From Chitinophagales bacterium (GTDB taxonomy: Bacteria > Bacteroidota > Bacteroidia > Chitinophagales > CAIODY01), in assembly GCA_947452995.1 (NCBI GenBank), contig CANGEV010000001.1:389040-453039 (forward strand): 64,000 nt of DNA. Direction: 5' to 3'. Under the pieces are notes generated by a model. The model was not told the origin of the DNA and made no database searches. It worked only from the letters and a program-made list of their open reading frames with translations. How positions within the stretch are numbered: position 1 is the first letter of the stretch; the number at the start of each line of letters is the position of its first letter. Made by a program: the position numbers and the translations under genes. Below, one piece after another: positions 1-10,051 of this stretch.

Positions 1-1
1 C

Positions 2-760
2 AACTATACCACCTTTAATGCAAATAATGTAGGTATCAAAACAACCCTAATTTATTCGGCCTCTTCACGTTTCATAACTGGTATTAGTATCAACCCACGC
101 AATGCCGACAGTATCGTTATTTCATTGTCGAACTACGGCCAAGCAAATCATATCATTCGTATCAATAACGCCCTCAGCACAACAAGCGCCGCTACAACTA
201 ATACCACTAGCCTACAAGGCAACCTCCCTGCCTTCCCAATCTATGATATCCTTCTCAACCCTTATAATCCTGCAAACTGTATCGTCGGTACAGAGTATGG
301 CATTTGGGCCTCCAACGATATCGATAATCCTACGCCACAATGGCAAGAGGAAAATAAAAACTTCCCACGTGTTCCTACCATGCAGCTTTTAGCAGTGCCC
401 GACACAAACGGTCAGTATTATCTCTATGCAGGCACACATGGTCGAGGTGCCTTTTATAGCAACTCGCTTTGTGGATCCTGCCCTAAGATTGACATGGGAT
501 CTAATACAGGTACTACAACAACAATTATTCCTGAATCCATTCAACTTTTTCCAAATCCAACTTATGATAATATCACTATCAAAACAGCTAGCGTAGGCAC
601 TTTGCGAGTATATAACCTAAAAGGAGAATTGCTTTTCGAAAACCTCAACAAAGAAACGCATCAAGTGATCAATTGCCAAGAATGGCCTGCAGGACTCTAT
701 TTAGTACAGTTTACTGATAAAACAAATCATACCTTTACATCGAAATTCATCAAGCAATAA
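2..760 (+). CDS. C-terminal part of a secreted beta-propeller-like (BNR/sortilin-type) protein with a T9SS type-A C-terminal sorting domain; the 5' end lies outside the window
   Basis: Frame 2 is open from the first base of the window, so the listed TTG at 125 is internal. A propeller-end motif YAGTHGRGAFY is present. The last ~80 aa (LFPNPTYDNITIKT...GLYLVQF...KFIKQ) fit the T9SS CTD pattern. Confidence 0.6.
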   Translation, partial: NYTTFNANNVGIKTTLIYSASSRFITGISINPRNADSIVISLSNYGQANHIIRINNALSTTSAATTNTTSLQGNLPAFPIYDILLNPYNPANCIVGTEYGIWASNDIDNPTPQWQEENKNFPRVPTMQLLAVPDTNGQYYLYAGTHGRGAFYSNSLCGSCPKIDMGSNTGTTTTIIPESIQLFPNPTYDNITIKTASVGTLRVYNLKGELLFENLNKETHQVINCQEWPAGLYLVQFTDKTNHTFTSKFIKQ

Positions 761-761
761 T

Positions 762-1661
762 ATGTTTAGCAATAGTCAATTAAGAGGAACAGGCGTTGCG
801 TTGATCACGCCATTTAAGCAAGATAAAAGCATCGACTTCGATGCAATGAAACGCGTTATTGATTTTAATATCGAAAACGGCGTCAATTATTTCATCATCC
901 TCGGCACTACAGGTGAAAGTCCGGTATTGACGAAAGAAGAGAAGCACGAAGTATTTGGCAAGGCTGCTGCATTTGTAAATGGCCGTATCCCCTTAGTAGC
1001 CGGCGTTGGAGGGAATAGCACCGCTCAAGTAATCGAAGACATGCGCGCCTTCGCCTTCCGTGAACAATATTGTGCCTTTCTATCGGTAACTCCTTACTAT
1101 AACAAGCCCTCACAACAAGGCATGATCGAACATTATGGCGCAATCGCAGCGATGAGTCCACTGCCGATCATATTATATAATGTTCCAGGACGTACTGGCG
1201 TAACATTACAACCTGCCACTGTCATTCATTTGGCGAATACACACAAAAATATCATCGGCGTGAAAGAGGCTGCAGGAAGCATGTCTGCAACTTTTGAATT
1301 ATTGCGCGACCGCCCTGAAGGATTTTTATTATTAAGTGGCGATGATGATCTTACCTTCCCGCAAATAGCTTGCGGCTTCGATGGTGTAATTTCAGTAGCT
1401 GCGCAAGCTTTCCCAAAGCCTTTCTGTAAAATGGTACAAGACGCGCTCGCGGGAAATACGCAACAAGCGGCACCTATCCAACTTCGTTTGATAAAAGGTA
1501 TCAACCTGCTCTTCAAAGAAGGGAACCCGGTAGGAGTGAAACTCGCGTTAGCACAAATGGGCCTCTGTGAAAACGTCCTACGACTCCCGCTCATAAGCGC
1601 TTCTCCTACACTATCCACAGAAATGCAGGAATTTATCCACGCTTCCAAAGACCTACTCTAA
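762..1661 (+). CDS. dapA: 4-hydroxy-tetrahydrodipicolinate synthase
   Basis: 299 aa. Contains GVALITPF and ILGTTGESPVLT motifs and the Schiff-base lysine context IIGVKEAAGS. Full-length DapA-like architecture. Confidence 0.93.
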   Translation: MFSNSQLRGTGVALITPFKQDKSIDFDAMKRVIDFNIENGVNYFIILGTTGESPVLTKEEKHEVFGKAAAFVNGRIPLVAGVGGNSTAQVIEDMRAFAFREQYCAFLSVTPYYNKPSQQGMIEHYGAIAAMSPLPIILYNVPGRTGVTLQPATVIHLANTHKNIIGVKEAAGSMSATFELLRDRPEGFLLLSGDDDLTFPQIACGFDGVISVAAQAFPKPFCKMVQDALAGNTQQAAPIQLRLIKGINLLFKEGNPVGVKLALAQMGLCENVLRLPLISASPTLSTEMQEFIHASKDLL

Positions 1662-1708
1662 TATTGCGAGGGAATCGCGTAACTTTGCAGCGCAATCCCT
1701 CACAAATT

Positions 1709-3196
1709 ATGGACCTCAAAAAAATTAACTCCATCCTTATATCAGTATTTGATAAGGAAGGCTTGGCTGAGCTATTACCAGCATTTCAGCAGCACAATGT
1801 AAAAATCTATTCAACGGGCGGCACTTATACCTTTATCAAGGAAAAAGGATTCGACGCTATTGAAGTAGAAGAAATTACGAGCTTTCCTTCCATCCTCGGT
1901 GGTCGTGTAAAAACCTTACACCCAGGCGTTTTTGGCGGGATACTTGCCCGTCGTGCCAACGAAAAAGACCAACAAGAACTAGCACAATATCATATCCCAG
2001 AAATTGATGCAGTGATGGTAGATCTTTATCCCTTCGAAGCAACGGTAGCCTCTACCGACGACGAGTCGACGATCATCGAAAAAATCGACATCGGCGGAGT
2101 TTCGTTGATTCGCGCCGCAGCAAAAAATCATAAAGACGTTTTAATCATCCCTTCTAAACGACAATATAGCTTTTTAAATAAAGTTATGTTCGAACAAGCG
2201 GCCAGCACAAGCCTGGAAGATCGCCAGGCAATGGCACGCGCAGCTTTCGCAGAGACGACGCATTATGACGGGGCAATCCGCAATTGGATGATGCGTGATG
2301 AATCACTTCGCTATGGCGAAAACCCGCATCAAAAGGCTATCTTCAACGGTAAGCTCGATCAACTTTTTGATCAGCTGAATGGAAAGGCGATTTCTTATAA
2401 TAACCTTTTGGATATCGACGCCGCGATGAACTTGATCATCGAGTTTGCAATGCCTACAGTGGCTATCCTCAAACACAATAATGCATGCGGTATCGCGAGC
2501 GCTGAAAACGGCTTAGTTGCCTGGGAGAAAGCCCTAGCTGGCGACCCTGTAGCGGCTTTCGGAGGCGTGGTGATCAGCAATGTTACCATTGATGAAGCCA
2601 TGGCACAAGCGATCCACCCGATCTTTTTAGAAGTGCTTATCGCCCCTGCATATAGCGAGGCTGCGCTAACTCTTTTAAAAGAGAAAAAGAATAGAATAAT
2701 CCTTTTGCAAAAAGAAATCTACGTGCCGCAAAACCGCCAACGCCGCACAATTCTAAATGGCAACTTAGAACAAGACTATGACAATGCCATGGTGGATATA
2801 CGTTCCCTTTCAAGCGTAAGCAACTTCGAAGCAACAGAAGCGCAGTTGACAGACTTACAATTTGCAAATAAAGTCGTAAAGCATTTGAAGTCGAATGCTA
2901 TCGCCTTGGTTAAAAACCAACAATTGATTGGTAGCGGCTGCGGACAAACCTCGCGTGTCGACGCACTTTATGCTGCAATCAACAAAGCAAAACAATTCAA
3001 CTTCGACCTAGATGGTGCGGTAATGGCGAGTGACGCCTTCTTCCCGTTCCCTGACTGCGTAGAGATAGCAGACAAAGTAGGTATTACTGCCGTTATACAA
3101 CCGGGAGGATCTCTAAAAGACCAAGCCTCTATCGATTATTGCCGCGAACATAAAATGGCAATGTATATGAGTGGCTATCGCCATTTCAGACATTAA
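1709..3196 (+). CDS. purH: bifunctional IMP cyclohydrolase / AICAR formyltransferase
   Basis: N-terminal MGS-like domain (ILISVFDKEGL...YSTGGT) followed by an AICARFT domain, ending ...MYMSGYRHFRH as in PurH. I prefer the ATG at 1709 over the alternative start at 1664. Confidence 0.93.
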   Translation: MDLKKINSILISVFDKEGLAELLPAFQQHNVKIYSTGGTYTFIKEKGFDAIEVEEITSFPSILGGRVKTLHPGVFGGILARRANEKDQQELAQYHIPEIDAVMVDLYPFEATVASTDDESTIIEKIDIGGVSLIRAAAKNHKDVLIIPSKRQYSFLNKVMFEQAASTSLEDRQAMARAAFAETTHYDGAIRNWMMRDESLRYGENPHQKAIFNGKLDQLFDQLNGKAISYNNLLDIDAAMNLIIEFAMPTVAILKHNNACGIASAENGLVAWEKALAGDPVAAFGGVVISNVTIDEAMAQAIHPIFLEVLIAPAYSEAALTLLKEKKNRIILLQKEIYVPQNRQRRTILNGNLEQDYDNAMVDIRSLSSVSNFEATEAQLTDLQFANKVVKHLKSNAIALVKNQQLIGSGCGQTSRVDALYAAINKAKQFNFDLDGAVMASDAFFPFPDCVEIADKVGITAVIQPGGSLKDQASIDYCREHKMAMYMSGYRHFRH

Positions 3197-3222
3197 TTAA
3201 TCCATCGCTTGAAATACAAAAA

Positions 3223-3251
3223 GCCTGTACACAACATGTACGGGCTTTTTT
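3223..3251 (+). terminator. rho-independent terminator after purH
   Basis: Hairpin GCCTGTACA / TGTACGGGC with a 5-nt loop, followed by TTTTTT. Confidence 0.7.
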
Positions 3252-3285
3252 ATTGAAACAACCAAAAGTCAAATCCTAGCCAAAC

Positions 3286-3320
3286 TAAAAACGCCCCAAC
3301 TGATAACAGAAGGGGCGTTT
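3286..3320 (-). terminator. rho-independent terminator after rplY
   Basis: Stem AACGCCCC / GGGGCGTT with a long 14-nt loop. On the minus strand it is followed by a T-run (plus-strand AAAAA at 3286-3290). Confidence 0.55.
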
Positions 3321-3341
3321 ACTATAGCGAGAAATTTCTAT

Positions 3342-3923
3342 TTATTTTTTAGCTTTTGCTTCAGCTTCAGCTTGTTTCAACTGACGAGTTACCAATGCAG
3401 AAACGATTGGGTTTGCAGCAGCTGTCACGATATTGATACCGTCGAAATTAATATCACGAACACGGATATGTTTACCCAAGTCCAAATCTTCAACGTTTAC
3501 TTCCAAATAAGGACGCATTGCACTTGGCAAAGCACTTACTTTCAATTTACGTAAGCGAGGAATCAATTTACCACCCGCACGAACACCTTTAGAAGTTCCT
3601 ACGAATTTAACTGGAATATCTACTACAACAGATTTACCTTCAGTCAATTGTAAAAAGTCGATATGAATACATTCATCATCAATTACTGAGAATTGAGAAT
3701 CTTGGATGATACATTCGTAAGAAGTGCCATTGATATCGATAAGGGCTTTCTTGAATTCTGGAGTGTAAATAAGAGGGCGCATTTCGCGAGCAGAAACTGC
3801 AATGTGCAAAGTTTCAGTTCCTCCATAAACTACCGCAGGAATCATTCCGTTAGAACGAAGTGCGTTGTTAGCTTGTTTTGATAAATCGGTACGAAGCTGA
3901 CCGTTGATTTTAATTGCGTCCAT
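3342..3923 (-). CDS. rplY: 50S ribosomal protein L25, Ctc (general stress protein) form
   Basis: The N-terminus (GQLRTDLSKQANNALRSNGMIPAVVYGG) is typical of L25/Ctc. It has a long C-terminal domain with an AEAEAKAKK tail. I prefer the ATG at 3923, because the TTG at 3947 overlaps the putative -7 box. Confidence 0.9.
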   Translation of the reverse strand: MDAIKINGQLRTDLSKQANNALRSNGMIPAVVYGGTETLHIAVSAREMRPLIYTPEFKKALIDINGTSYECIIQDSQFSVIDDECIHIDFLQLTEGKSVVVDIPVKFVGTSKGVRAGGKLIPRLRKLKVSALPSAMRPYLEVNVEDLDLGKHIRVRDINFDGINIVTAAANPIVSALVTRQLKQAEAEAKAKK

Positions 3924-3944
3924 GAGTCCAATAATTTGGGATTG

Positions 3945-3952
3945 CAAAAGTA
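3945..3952 (-). promoter_or_regulatory. Bacteroidota-type -7 promoter box (TAnnTTTG) for rplY
   Basis: The minus strand reads TACTTTTG about 22 nt upstream of the rplY ATG. Confidence 0.35.
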
Positions 3953-4101
3953 TAACAAATTTTACAAAATAGAAAGAAAATTTATCGCGAAATTTGCAAT
4001 CGGTGGAAATCTTTTACTTCTAACGCGATATTTCCCTTCAATAAGGACACAAAAATACTCAAAATCATACAATTCCACTAAAAAAACTATTCTATATCAA
4101 A

Positions 4102-5145
4102 ATGTTCGACTTATCATCCTTAAAATCTACATATATCAAAGCTATCTTCGTTATGAGCCTTTTGATATGGGGCCTCCCTAGTCTTGCACAACCTAAGCTC
4201 GTATTTCCGCCACGTCCAGATTATTCCAACGCCGCTACTTGGGCAGCCTCCCCATTCAAGTCTGACCCCAGCGATCTTTGTCCGAAACAAGTCAAATACC
4301 CATTTAACGACACCGCGATTGCAGATATCTTCTTCATTCACCCAACCTCCTTCACAGAAAAACCAGACTCCATCCATTGGAATGCCGCCTGGGACGACGC
4401 TAAACAGCAAGCAAAAACATTAAACAACGCGATAAAATTTCAAGCTTCGGTATTCAATCACGTCGGACGCATCTATGCCCCTTTCTACAGACAAGCAAAT
4501 ATTGAGATTTATTATACCAACGAATTGTCTAAAGCTTACCTAGCGGCCGATACCGCCTATGCCGACGTACGTAGAGCCTTTCTCTATTATTTACAAAACT
4601 ACAACCACGGCCGCCCCATAATCATCGCATCGCATAGTCAAGGCAGTACCCACGCAATCTGGCTCCTTAAAGAATTCTTCGACACTACGGAGCTAAAAAA
4701 ACAACTAGTAACAGCCTATATCCCCGGGATGACCGTACGCTATTCAGATTTTAAGACCCTGCAACCAGCACCTGATAGCAATTTCGTAGGCGGTTACTGC
4801 GTATGGCGTAGCGCAGAAAAAGGATACTACCCGCCCACTTTACCCAGAGGCAAAGAAGTGATTTGTACCAACCCTATTAGCTGGACATTGGATTCCATTG
4901 CTATCGATAAAAAATTCAATAAAGGTGCCGTGCTTCTTCCTTTTAATAAACTGATTCCACAAGCCACAGGCGCACAAATTAGCAACAGTATCCTTTGGGT
5001 TCAAAAACCGCATTTCAAAGGAAGCAGATGGATAAAAAACAAAAATTACCATATCGCCGACTATAATCTATTTTATTTAAACATCCGCGATAATGCCCAT
5101 CTCCGATTACACAATTATCTCCTGAATTACGAGAAGAAACTGTAA
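4102..5145 (+). CDS. DUF3089-like alpha/beta hydrolase (lipase-like), secreted
   Basis: Signal peptide, then a nucleophile-elbow-like IIIASHSQGS motif. Size and layout match what I remember of the DUF3089 family. Confidence 0.55.
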   Translation: MFDLSSLKSTYIKAIFVMSLLIWGLPSLAQPKLVFPPRPDYSNAATWAASPFKSDPSDLCPKQVKYPFNDTAIADIFFIHPTSFTEKPDSIHWNAAWDDAKQQAKTLNNAIKFQASVFNHVGRIYAPFYRQANIEIYYTNELSKAYLAADTAYADVRRAFLYYLQNYNHGRPIIIASHSQGSTHAIWLLKEFFDTTELKKQLVTAYIPGMTVRYSDFKTLQPAPDSNFVGGYCVWRSAEKGYYPPTLPRGKEVICTNPISWTLDSIAIDKKFNKGAVLLPFNKLIPQATGAQISNSILWVQKPHFKGSRWIKNKNYHIADYNLFYLNIRDNAHLRLHNYLLNYEKKL

Positions 5146-5153
5146 ATTTGCAC

Positions 5154-6515
5154 ATGCAATTGGCCAAAAAGCACGCATTTTTCAGCATTTTACTCCTCGG
5201 AAGCTTACTGTTTTTGTTCGCTTGTTCTAACAAGCAAACCTATAAAATGGTGTATAATGTTCCTATTTACAGTAACAAACCAGGGAAAACCTATTTTGGC
5301 TATAACAAGAAAAAAATAAAGCCGAAACCTGTCATTATCGAGGAGCCAACACTCGAACCCTACGACTACCTTTCGCATGAAGATTCATTCCATTTCCAAA
5401 AGACCTACAAGATAGGCGTAATCCTTCCCTTTGCCTTCGACTCTTTATATCGTGACAGCGCTGCCATCGCCTACTCTCCAATCCCGCGAGGTATCTACCC
5501 TGCCCTTGATTTCTATGAAGGATTACGTATTGCCCTTGATTCCTTACATAATACAGGAATGCACTTGGATATTCATATAGTTGACTATACCAAAGGAAGG
5601 AAATCATTTAAGTCAATTGCCAACAAAGCCCATTTAGAAGAAATGGACTTGCTGATGGGTACTTTAAATAGTAACGATGCGACAGAAGTTGCTGCCTATG
5701 CCTTAGAAAAGAGAATCCCATTCCTTTCTCCTTTAGCGAATAGCTTTCTACCTACTCATAACCCTTACTATATTACTATCAATCCAAGTATAGTCGAAAT
5801 CCAACAAAAAACAATTCATTTCTTCAAAACCGACGGCTCCGAAAAAGCAACACGCTTCATCATTATCAACTCAAACAAAACAGAAAAGAGAATTTTTGAC
5901 AAATATTTTAGCGCAATCAATAAAACCACTAAGCTATCTGCCGCTTATGAAGAATTGAATTGGTCGAATTCAACGAAGCCCGATACCTTTTTTCAATTGC
6001 TAGATAGCAATTTTAGATACATCATTATTTTACCAAGCACCGATGCAAACTACGCTAGTCAATTTCTGCAGGCGATGAAACCCATCAACGACAGTATAAA
6101 ACTATGTTATCTCGGCTTACCCTCTTGGAAAGATATTGAATCAATTAACACACTAGCTGGCCGAAAAGCGGAGATCTATATCCCTAACACCTATAGCGTC
6201 GATAAAAACGGTACAAGCTATAAAAAATTTAGTCGTCGCTTTTATGAGAAATTCAGAATAGCCCCAAGCGAACTAGCCATTCGAGGTTATGCTAATACAT
6301 TACTAGCAGCTCATGCATTAAATAGCAAAGGCACAGGTTTTTACCTTTTTAAAGATGAAATCTATAAAACAATGTATTTGCAACCAATACGTATTGTACC
6401 AAGCAAAAACAAAACACGCTACCCGCATAATACAGTTGTAGATTACTATTATAACCCTCATTTGTCCTTGATAAAGTACAATTGCACAGGCAAGCTGCGC
6501 ATTAATGTTGAGTAA
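5154..6515 (+). CDS. lipoprotein with a type-1 periplasmic-binding-protein-like fold; ligand unknown
   Basis: Lipoprotein signal (LLFLFACSNK). Alternating beta/alpha pattern starting YKIGVILPF, as in Peripla_BP_6-type binding proteins. ATG at 5154 preferred over TTG at 5148. Confidence 0.45.
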   Translation: MQLAKKHAFFSILLLGSLLFLFACSNKQTYKMVYNVPIYSNKPGKTYFGYNKKKIKPKPVIIEEPTLEPYDYLSHEDSFHFQKTYKIGVILPFAFDSLYRDSAAIAYSPIPRGIYPALDFYEGLRIALDSLHNTGMHLDIHIVDYTKGRKSFKSIANKAHLEEMDLLMGTLNSNDATEVAAYALEKRIPFLSPLANSFLPTHNPYYITINPSIVEIQQKTIHFFKTDGSEKATRFIIINSNKTEKRIFDKYFSAINKTTKLSAAYEELNWSNSTKPDTFFQLLDSNFRYIIILPSTDANYASQFLQAMKPINDSIKLCYLGLPSWKDIESINTLAGRKAEIYIPNTYSVDKNGTSYKKFSRRFYEKFRIAPSELAIRGYANTLLAAHALNSKGTGFYLFKDEIYKTMYLQPIRIVPSKNKTRYPHNTVVDYYYNPHLSLIKYNCTGKLRINVE

Positions 6516-6568
6516 GATTTAAAACAAGCCCAAAACAAGATTGTAATTTTATTGCAAAATCAAATACA

Positions 6569-7483
6569 ATGGGCAACAATCAGAATTCAAATAGATGGGT
6601 CGTTTATACCATTATCGCCGTTTTATTGATCGGCTTAAATGTATTCATGTACTTTAAGACGAGCAATGAGAAAAAAGCAATTTTGGCCGACAAGTCAAAA
6701 GTAGATTCTGCCTATTCACAATTAGAGCGCGACTACAAACGTTCTATAGCTGAAATCGAACAATACAAAGGTGCAAACGCCGCATTAGATTCACTTGTTC
6801 AAATTAAAGAAGCTGCACTTAAAAGCAAGAAAGAAGAAATTAAGCTAATGCTCGCGAAACAAAATCTAGATCAACAAGACCTTAACCTTGCCATCAGAAA
6901 AATCGCGGATTTGAAACGCGAAAATAATCGTATGCTCGGCACCATCGACTCTTTCCGTCGTGCAAACGAAATAATCATCGAAAAGCTAAATACAACACAA
7001 GCTAATTTGGATGAAAGTAAAAAGACCAATGAACATCTTAACGAAGAAAATACACGCTTAACTAAAGTAGGTTCTGTCTTGCGTATCATCAATGTAAAAG
7101 CGAGCACCGGAAATGATAAAGGCAAAAAAGACAAAGAAACCGATAAAGCACGTAAAGCAGATTTTATCAAAATCAATTTCGACGTAGCTGAAAATAAAAT
7201 TGCAAATAAAGGCGATAAAACGATGTACTATCGTATCATCGGACCAACCAAGAATCTAATCAAAGACAAAAAAGGAAGTGATAATTTCTCGCTCGCGGAA
7301 GGTAGTGATGAATTACAATCTAGTGGAAAAGTTAACTTCGACTTCGATGGTAGTCAAGCTTCCTTAAGTGTTAAATGTCATCCAAAGGATAAATTGAACA
7401 AAGGCGATTATCGCGTTGAATTCTATTCAGAAGGCGTATTAGTGGGCGTTTCTACGTTCAAATTAGAAGGCGGTTTGTTTTAG
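6569..7483 (+). CDS. membrane-anchored coiled-coil protein with a C-terminal beta-rich domain; function unknown
   Basis: One N-terminal TM helix (WVVYTIIAVLLIGLNVFMYF), then ~170 aa of heptad-like Lys/Glu/Leu-rich sequence, then a beta-rich C-terminus. Confidence 0.5.
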   Translation: MGNNQNSNRWVVYTIIAVLLIGLNVFMYFKTSNEKKAILADKSKVDSAYSQLERDYKRSIAEIEQYKGANAALDSLVQIKEAALKSKKEEIKLMLAKQNLDQQDLNLAIRKIADLKRENNRMLGTIDSFRRANEIIIEKLNTTQANLDESKKTNEHLNEENTRLTKVGSVLRIINVKASTGNDKGKKDKETDKARKADFIKINFDVAENKIANKGDKTMYYRIIGPTKNLIKDKKGSDNFSLAEGSDELQSSGKVNFDFDGSQASLSVKCHPKDKLNKGDYRVEFYSEGVLVGVSTFKLEGGLF

Positions 7484-7503
7484 TTGTTAATTATACCCAA
7501 TAG

Positions 7504-7536
7504 AAAAGCCCTACCATCACTGGAAGGGCCTTTTTT
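7504..7536. terminator. shared (bidirectional) hairpin terminator between convergent genes
   Basis: AAGCCCT ... AGGGCC stem followed by TTTTTT on the plus strand. An A-rich stretch lies on the other side. Confidence 0.55.
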
Positions 7537-7562
7537 ATTCGTTGAATAAACGTTCGTTATAC

Positions 7563-8759
7563 TTAAACTAGATTTTCATATAAAATCGCTGCACCTTGCC
7601 CTACTCCCACACACATCGTCGCGATACCATATTTAGATCCACGACGTTTCATCTCATACAATAAAGTCGTAGAGATGCGTGCACCGCTACATCCTAGTGG
7701 ATGCCCTAGTGCAATAGCGCCACCATTAACGTTCACTTTAGCCGCATCTAATCCAAGCTCACGCATACAAGCAATGCTTTGTGAAGCAAATGCCTCGTTC
7801 AACTCGAATAAATCGATATCCTCTACCTTTAAGCCTGCACGTTGTAAAACCTTACGTACAGCAGGCACCGGACCAACACCCATTACAGCAGGGTCGACAC
7901 CCGCAGCGGCTACCGCAATAATGCGCGCCATAGGCTTAAGGTTATATTTATTTTTGATCGTCTCTGTACCAACAATCAAAGCAGCAGCTCCATCATTCAC
8001 ACCACTTGCATTGCCCGCAGTCACCGTACCTTCTTTTTTAAAGGCAGGCTTTAACCCGGCTAAGGTTGCCAAATCAGTCATACGAGGATGCTCGTCGGTA
8101 TCAAACACAAAGGACTTTTTACCGGCCTTTACTTCAATAGGAACTATTTCATCCTTGAATGCGCCTTTTTGTTGTGCAGCTGCAAAACGCTCTTGCGATT
8201 GCATGGCGAAAGCATCTTGCTCTTCACGACTTATCTTCCAACGTTCTGCAACGTTTTCAGCTGTTTCTCCCATGGTATATGCTGGATACATCGCAGCCAG
8301 TGCTTTATTGGTAAAGCGCCAACCAATAGTAGTATCATAAATTTCAGGCGTACGTCCATAGGCCGTTTCCGACTTCGCCATAACAAACGGAGCACGTGTC
8401 ATGCTTTCCGTACCGCCTACAATATACATTTCACCATCGCCATTACGCAATGCGCGGAAACCATCCATGATAGCCTGTAAGCCGCTTGCACATAAGCGAT
8501 TGACTGTAACACCCGATACTTCCTGAGGAAGACCCGCCAACAAAGCTGCCATACGCGCCACATTACGATTATCTTCCCCTGCTTGATTGGCTGCACCTAA
8601 AATCACTTCTTCACAATCTTTCCAATCCATTTCAGGATGACGAGCCATTAATGATTTAATGACATGCGCTGCCAAATCATCTGGACGGACAGTACTCAGA
8701 CTTCCTGCATACTTTCCGATTGCAGTACGAACTGCATCAAAAACATAGATTTCTTTCAT
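7563..8759 (-). CDS. acetyl-CoA C-acyltransferase (thiolase)
   Basis: 398 aa. Nucleophile context [20 protein letters not shown], and the C-terminal [10 protein letters not shown] motif of thiolases. Confidence 0.92.
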   Translation of the reverse strand: MKEIYVFDAVRTAIGKYAGSLSTVRPDDLAAHVIKSLMARHPEMDWKDCEEVILGAANQAGEDNRNVARMAALLAGLPQEVSGVTVNRLCASGLQAIMDGFRALRNGDGEMYIVGGTESMTRAPFVMAKSETAYGRTPEIYDTTIGWRFTNKALAAMYPAYTMGETAENVAERWKISREEQDAFAMQSQERFAAAQQKGAFKDEIVPIEVKAGKKSFVFDTDEHPRMTDLATLAGLKPAFKKEGTVTAGNASGVNDGAAALIVGTETIKNKYNLKPMARIIAVAAAGVDPAVMGVGPVPAVRKVLQRAGLKVEDIDLFELNEAFASQSIACMRELGLDAAKVNVNGGAIALGHPLGCSGARISTTLLYEMKRRGSKYGIATMCVGVGQGAAILYENLV

Positions 8760-8760
8760 C

Positions 8761-9348
8761 TTATTTTTCTTTATCGTAAGCCTTATTCATTCCTTCTAAA
8801 ACCTCCTTGGTGATGTCTAGTTTAGGATCTGCCAGCAAAATACCTCCTGTACGCGTAAACCCAAGTATATAAGCAAATTTGTGTTCTTTGTTATATTCCC
8901 CTAGATAGGATTGAATTTTCTTGTACAATTCATCATCCATCTTTTTCATCTCATCATTCATCTGCTCACCTAAGGCATCACGACGTTGCATTAATGACTC
9001 TTGCTTACTTTGCAAGGCAGCTTCTGCTTGTTTGGCCTCTGCGGCACTCATCGAATTTAAACGACGTTGAATTCCTTCATATTCAGCTTGCAAGGCATTT
9101 CCCGCATTGGTCAATTCTTGCTCCATTTGCTTCTGCTTTGCATCCAAGCGATCACGATTCGCTTTAAAATAATTATAATGTTCCAACAACGAATCGGTAT
9201 TAACATAGGCGATAGAAGCACCTTTACCATCTCCCGAAAGGACGTTTCCATTCGAAGTTGATTTTTTATTACCACTTACAAAAACAATCAATCCTATTAA
9301 GGCGATTGTTAATGCAGCATTCCAAATATAAATGATAGTTCTTGACAT
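8761..9348 (-). CDS. OmpH/Skp-family periplasmic chaperone paralogue (third copy) with an uncleaved-looking N-terminal TM anchor
   Basis: Coiled-coil Lys/Glu/Gln-rich core and a C-terminal YILGF...[13 protein letters not shown] motif, as in OmpH. The ATG at 9348 is preferred because the TTG at 9396 lies inside a terminator hairpin. Confidence 0.7.
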   Translation of the reverse strand: MSRTIIYIWNAALTIALIGLIVFVSGNKKSTSNGNVLSGDGKGASIAYVNTDSLLEHYNYFKANRDRLDAKQKQMEQELTNAGNALQAEYEGIQRRLNSMSAAEAKQAEAALQSKQESLMQRRDALGEQMNDEMKKMDDELYKKIQSYLGEYNKEHKFAYILGFTRTGGILLADPKLDITKEVLEGMNKAYDKEK

Positions 9349-9361
9349 ATTAAAAGGTTTA

Positions 9362-9390
9362 TAAACAAGAAAAGTCCCTGAATAGGGACT
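9362..9390 (-). terminator. hairpin terminator or attenuator between the second and third ompH paralogues
   Basis: Stem AGTCCCT / AGGGACT with a 4-nt loop. The minus strand continues TTTTCTTGTTT. Confidence 0.5.
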
Positions 9391-9409
9391 TTTCAAAGAT
9401 TATTAAAAA

Positions 9410-9997
9410 TTATTTTTTTCCAGCTGCAGGTGCGGGAGCAGGTGCAGGAGTTGGTTTATTTGGAGTTGCAGGAGTTGTTGCTGCAGGTGTAACAATGTTC
9501 AATTTCTTTTTTACTAAGTCGATGATATCATTGCTTTCAGGGAAATAAATCACAGCACCGATACTAGTATCAAAAATATACGTGTATCCATTTTCTTTAG
9601 CTACAGTTTTAATAGCATCTTCGGCTTGCTTTGAAATTGGTGCTAACAACTCTTCTTTTTTAGCTTGGATTTTATCTTGAGCTGTTTGCTGAAAATCTTG
9701 GATATTAGCCTGCATTTGGCCTAATTCCTTTTCTTTTTGCTCACGAATAATATCATTCATTAAATTTTTCTTTGCCTCATAATCAGCTGCTTTTGTTTGA
9801 TATTCTTGATACATGGTTTTCAATGCATCTTCCAAATCAGCTTGATATTTTTCTAATGATTCATTGGCTTCTTTAACGCCAGGCATCATTTGCATTAATT
9901 CCAAAGAATTGATGTGGCCTAACTTTTGCGTTTGTGCTTTAATCATTCCGAAACTTGTTGTCAATAACAAAGCAGCAATTACTAATACTTTTTTCAT
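9410..9997 (-). CDS. OmpH/Skp-family periplasmic chaperone
   Basis: Signal peptide, a coiled-coil core, the motif YTYIFDTS, and a Pro/Ala/Thr-rich tail. It sits downstream of bamA. Confidence 0.85.
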   Translation of the reverse strand: MKKVLVIAALLLTTSFGMIKAQTQKLGHINSLELMQMMPGVKEANESLEKYQADLEDALKTMYQEYQTKAADYEAKKNLMNDIIREQKEKELGQMQANIQDFQQTAQDKIQAKKEELLAPISKQAEDAIKTVAKENGYTYIFDTSIGAVIYFPESNDIIDLVKKKLNIVTPAATTPATPNKPTPAPAPAPAAGKK

Positions 9998-10051
9998 AAG
10001 TGAATTTATAGTGTTGATTATAAGTTTTTAAAGGTACTAAAAAAAATCGGC

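Noticed and set aside
1664-1708. Upstream alternative-start extensions reported by the ORF track. Examples are 1664 for purH, 3947 for rplY, 9396 and 10678 for the ompH genes, 20423 for the SDR, 45016 for gcvT and 46131 for ilvE.
   Set aside because: In each case an in-frame ATG further downstream gives the conserved family N-terminus or a proper signal peptide. The extension would overlap the neighbouring gene, a terminator or a promoter box.
7675-8480. Long plus-strand ORFs (221 aa and 130 aa) antisense to the thiolase gene.
   Set aside because: They are Ala/Ser/Pro-rich shadow ORFs, typical of the reverse complement of a strongly codon-biased gene. They have no start context or motifs, and the thiolase reading frame is unambiguous.
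9413-9490. A GC-rich, low-complexity GCAGG/GGTGC-type repeat in the DNA.
   Set aside because: It simply encodes the Pro/Ala/Thr-rich C-terminal tail (TPAATTPATPNKPTPAPAPAPAAGKK) of an OmpH paralogue. It is not a CRISPR array or a microsatellite element.
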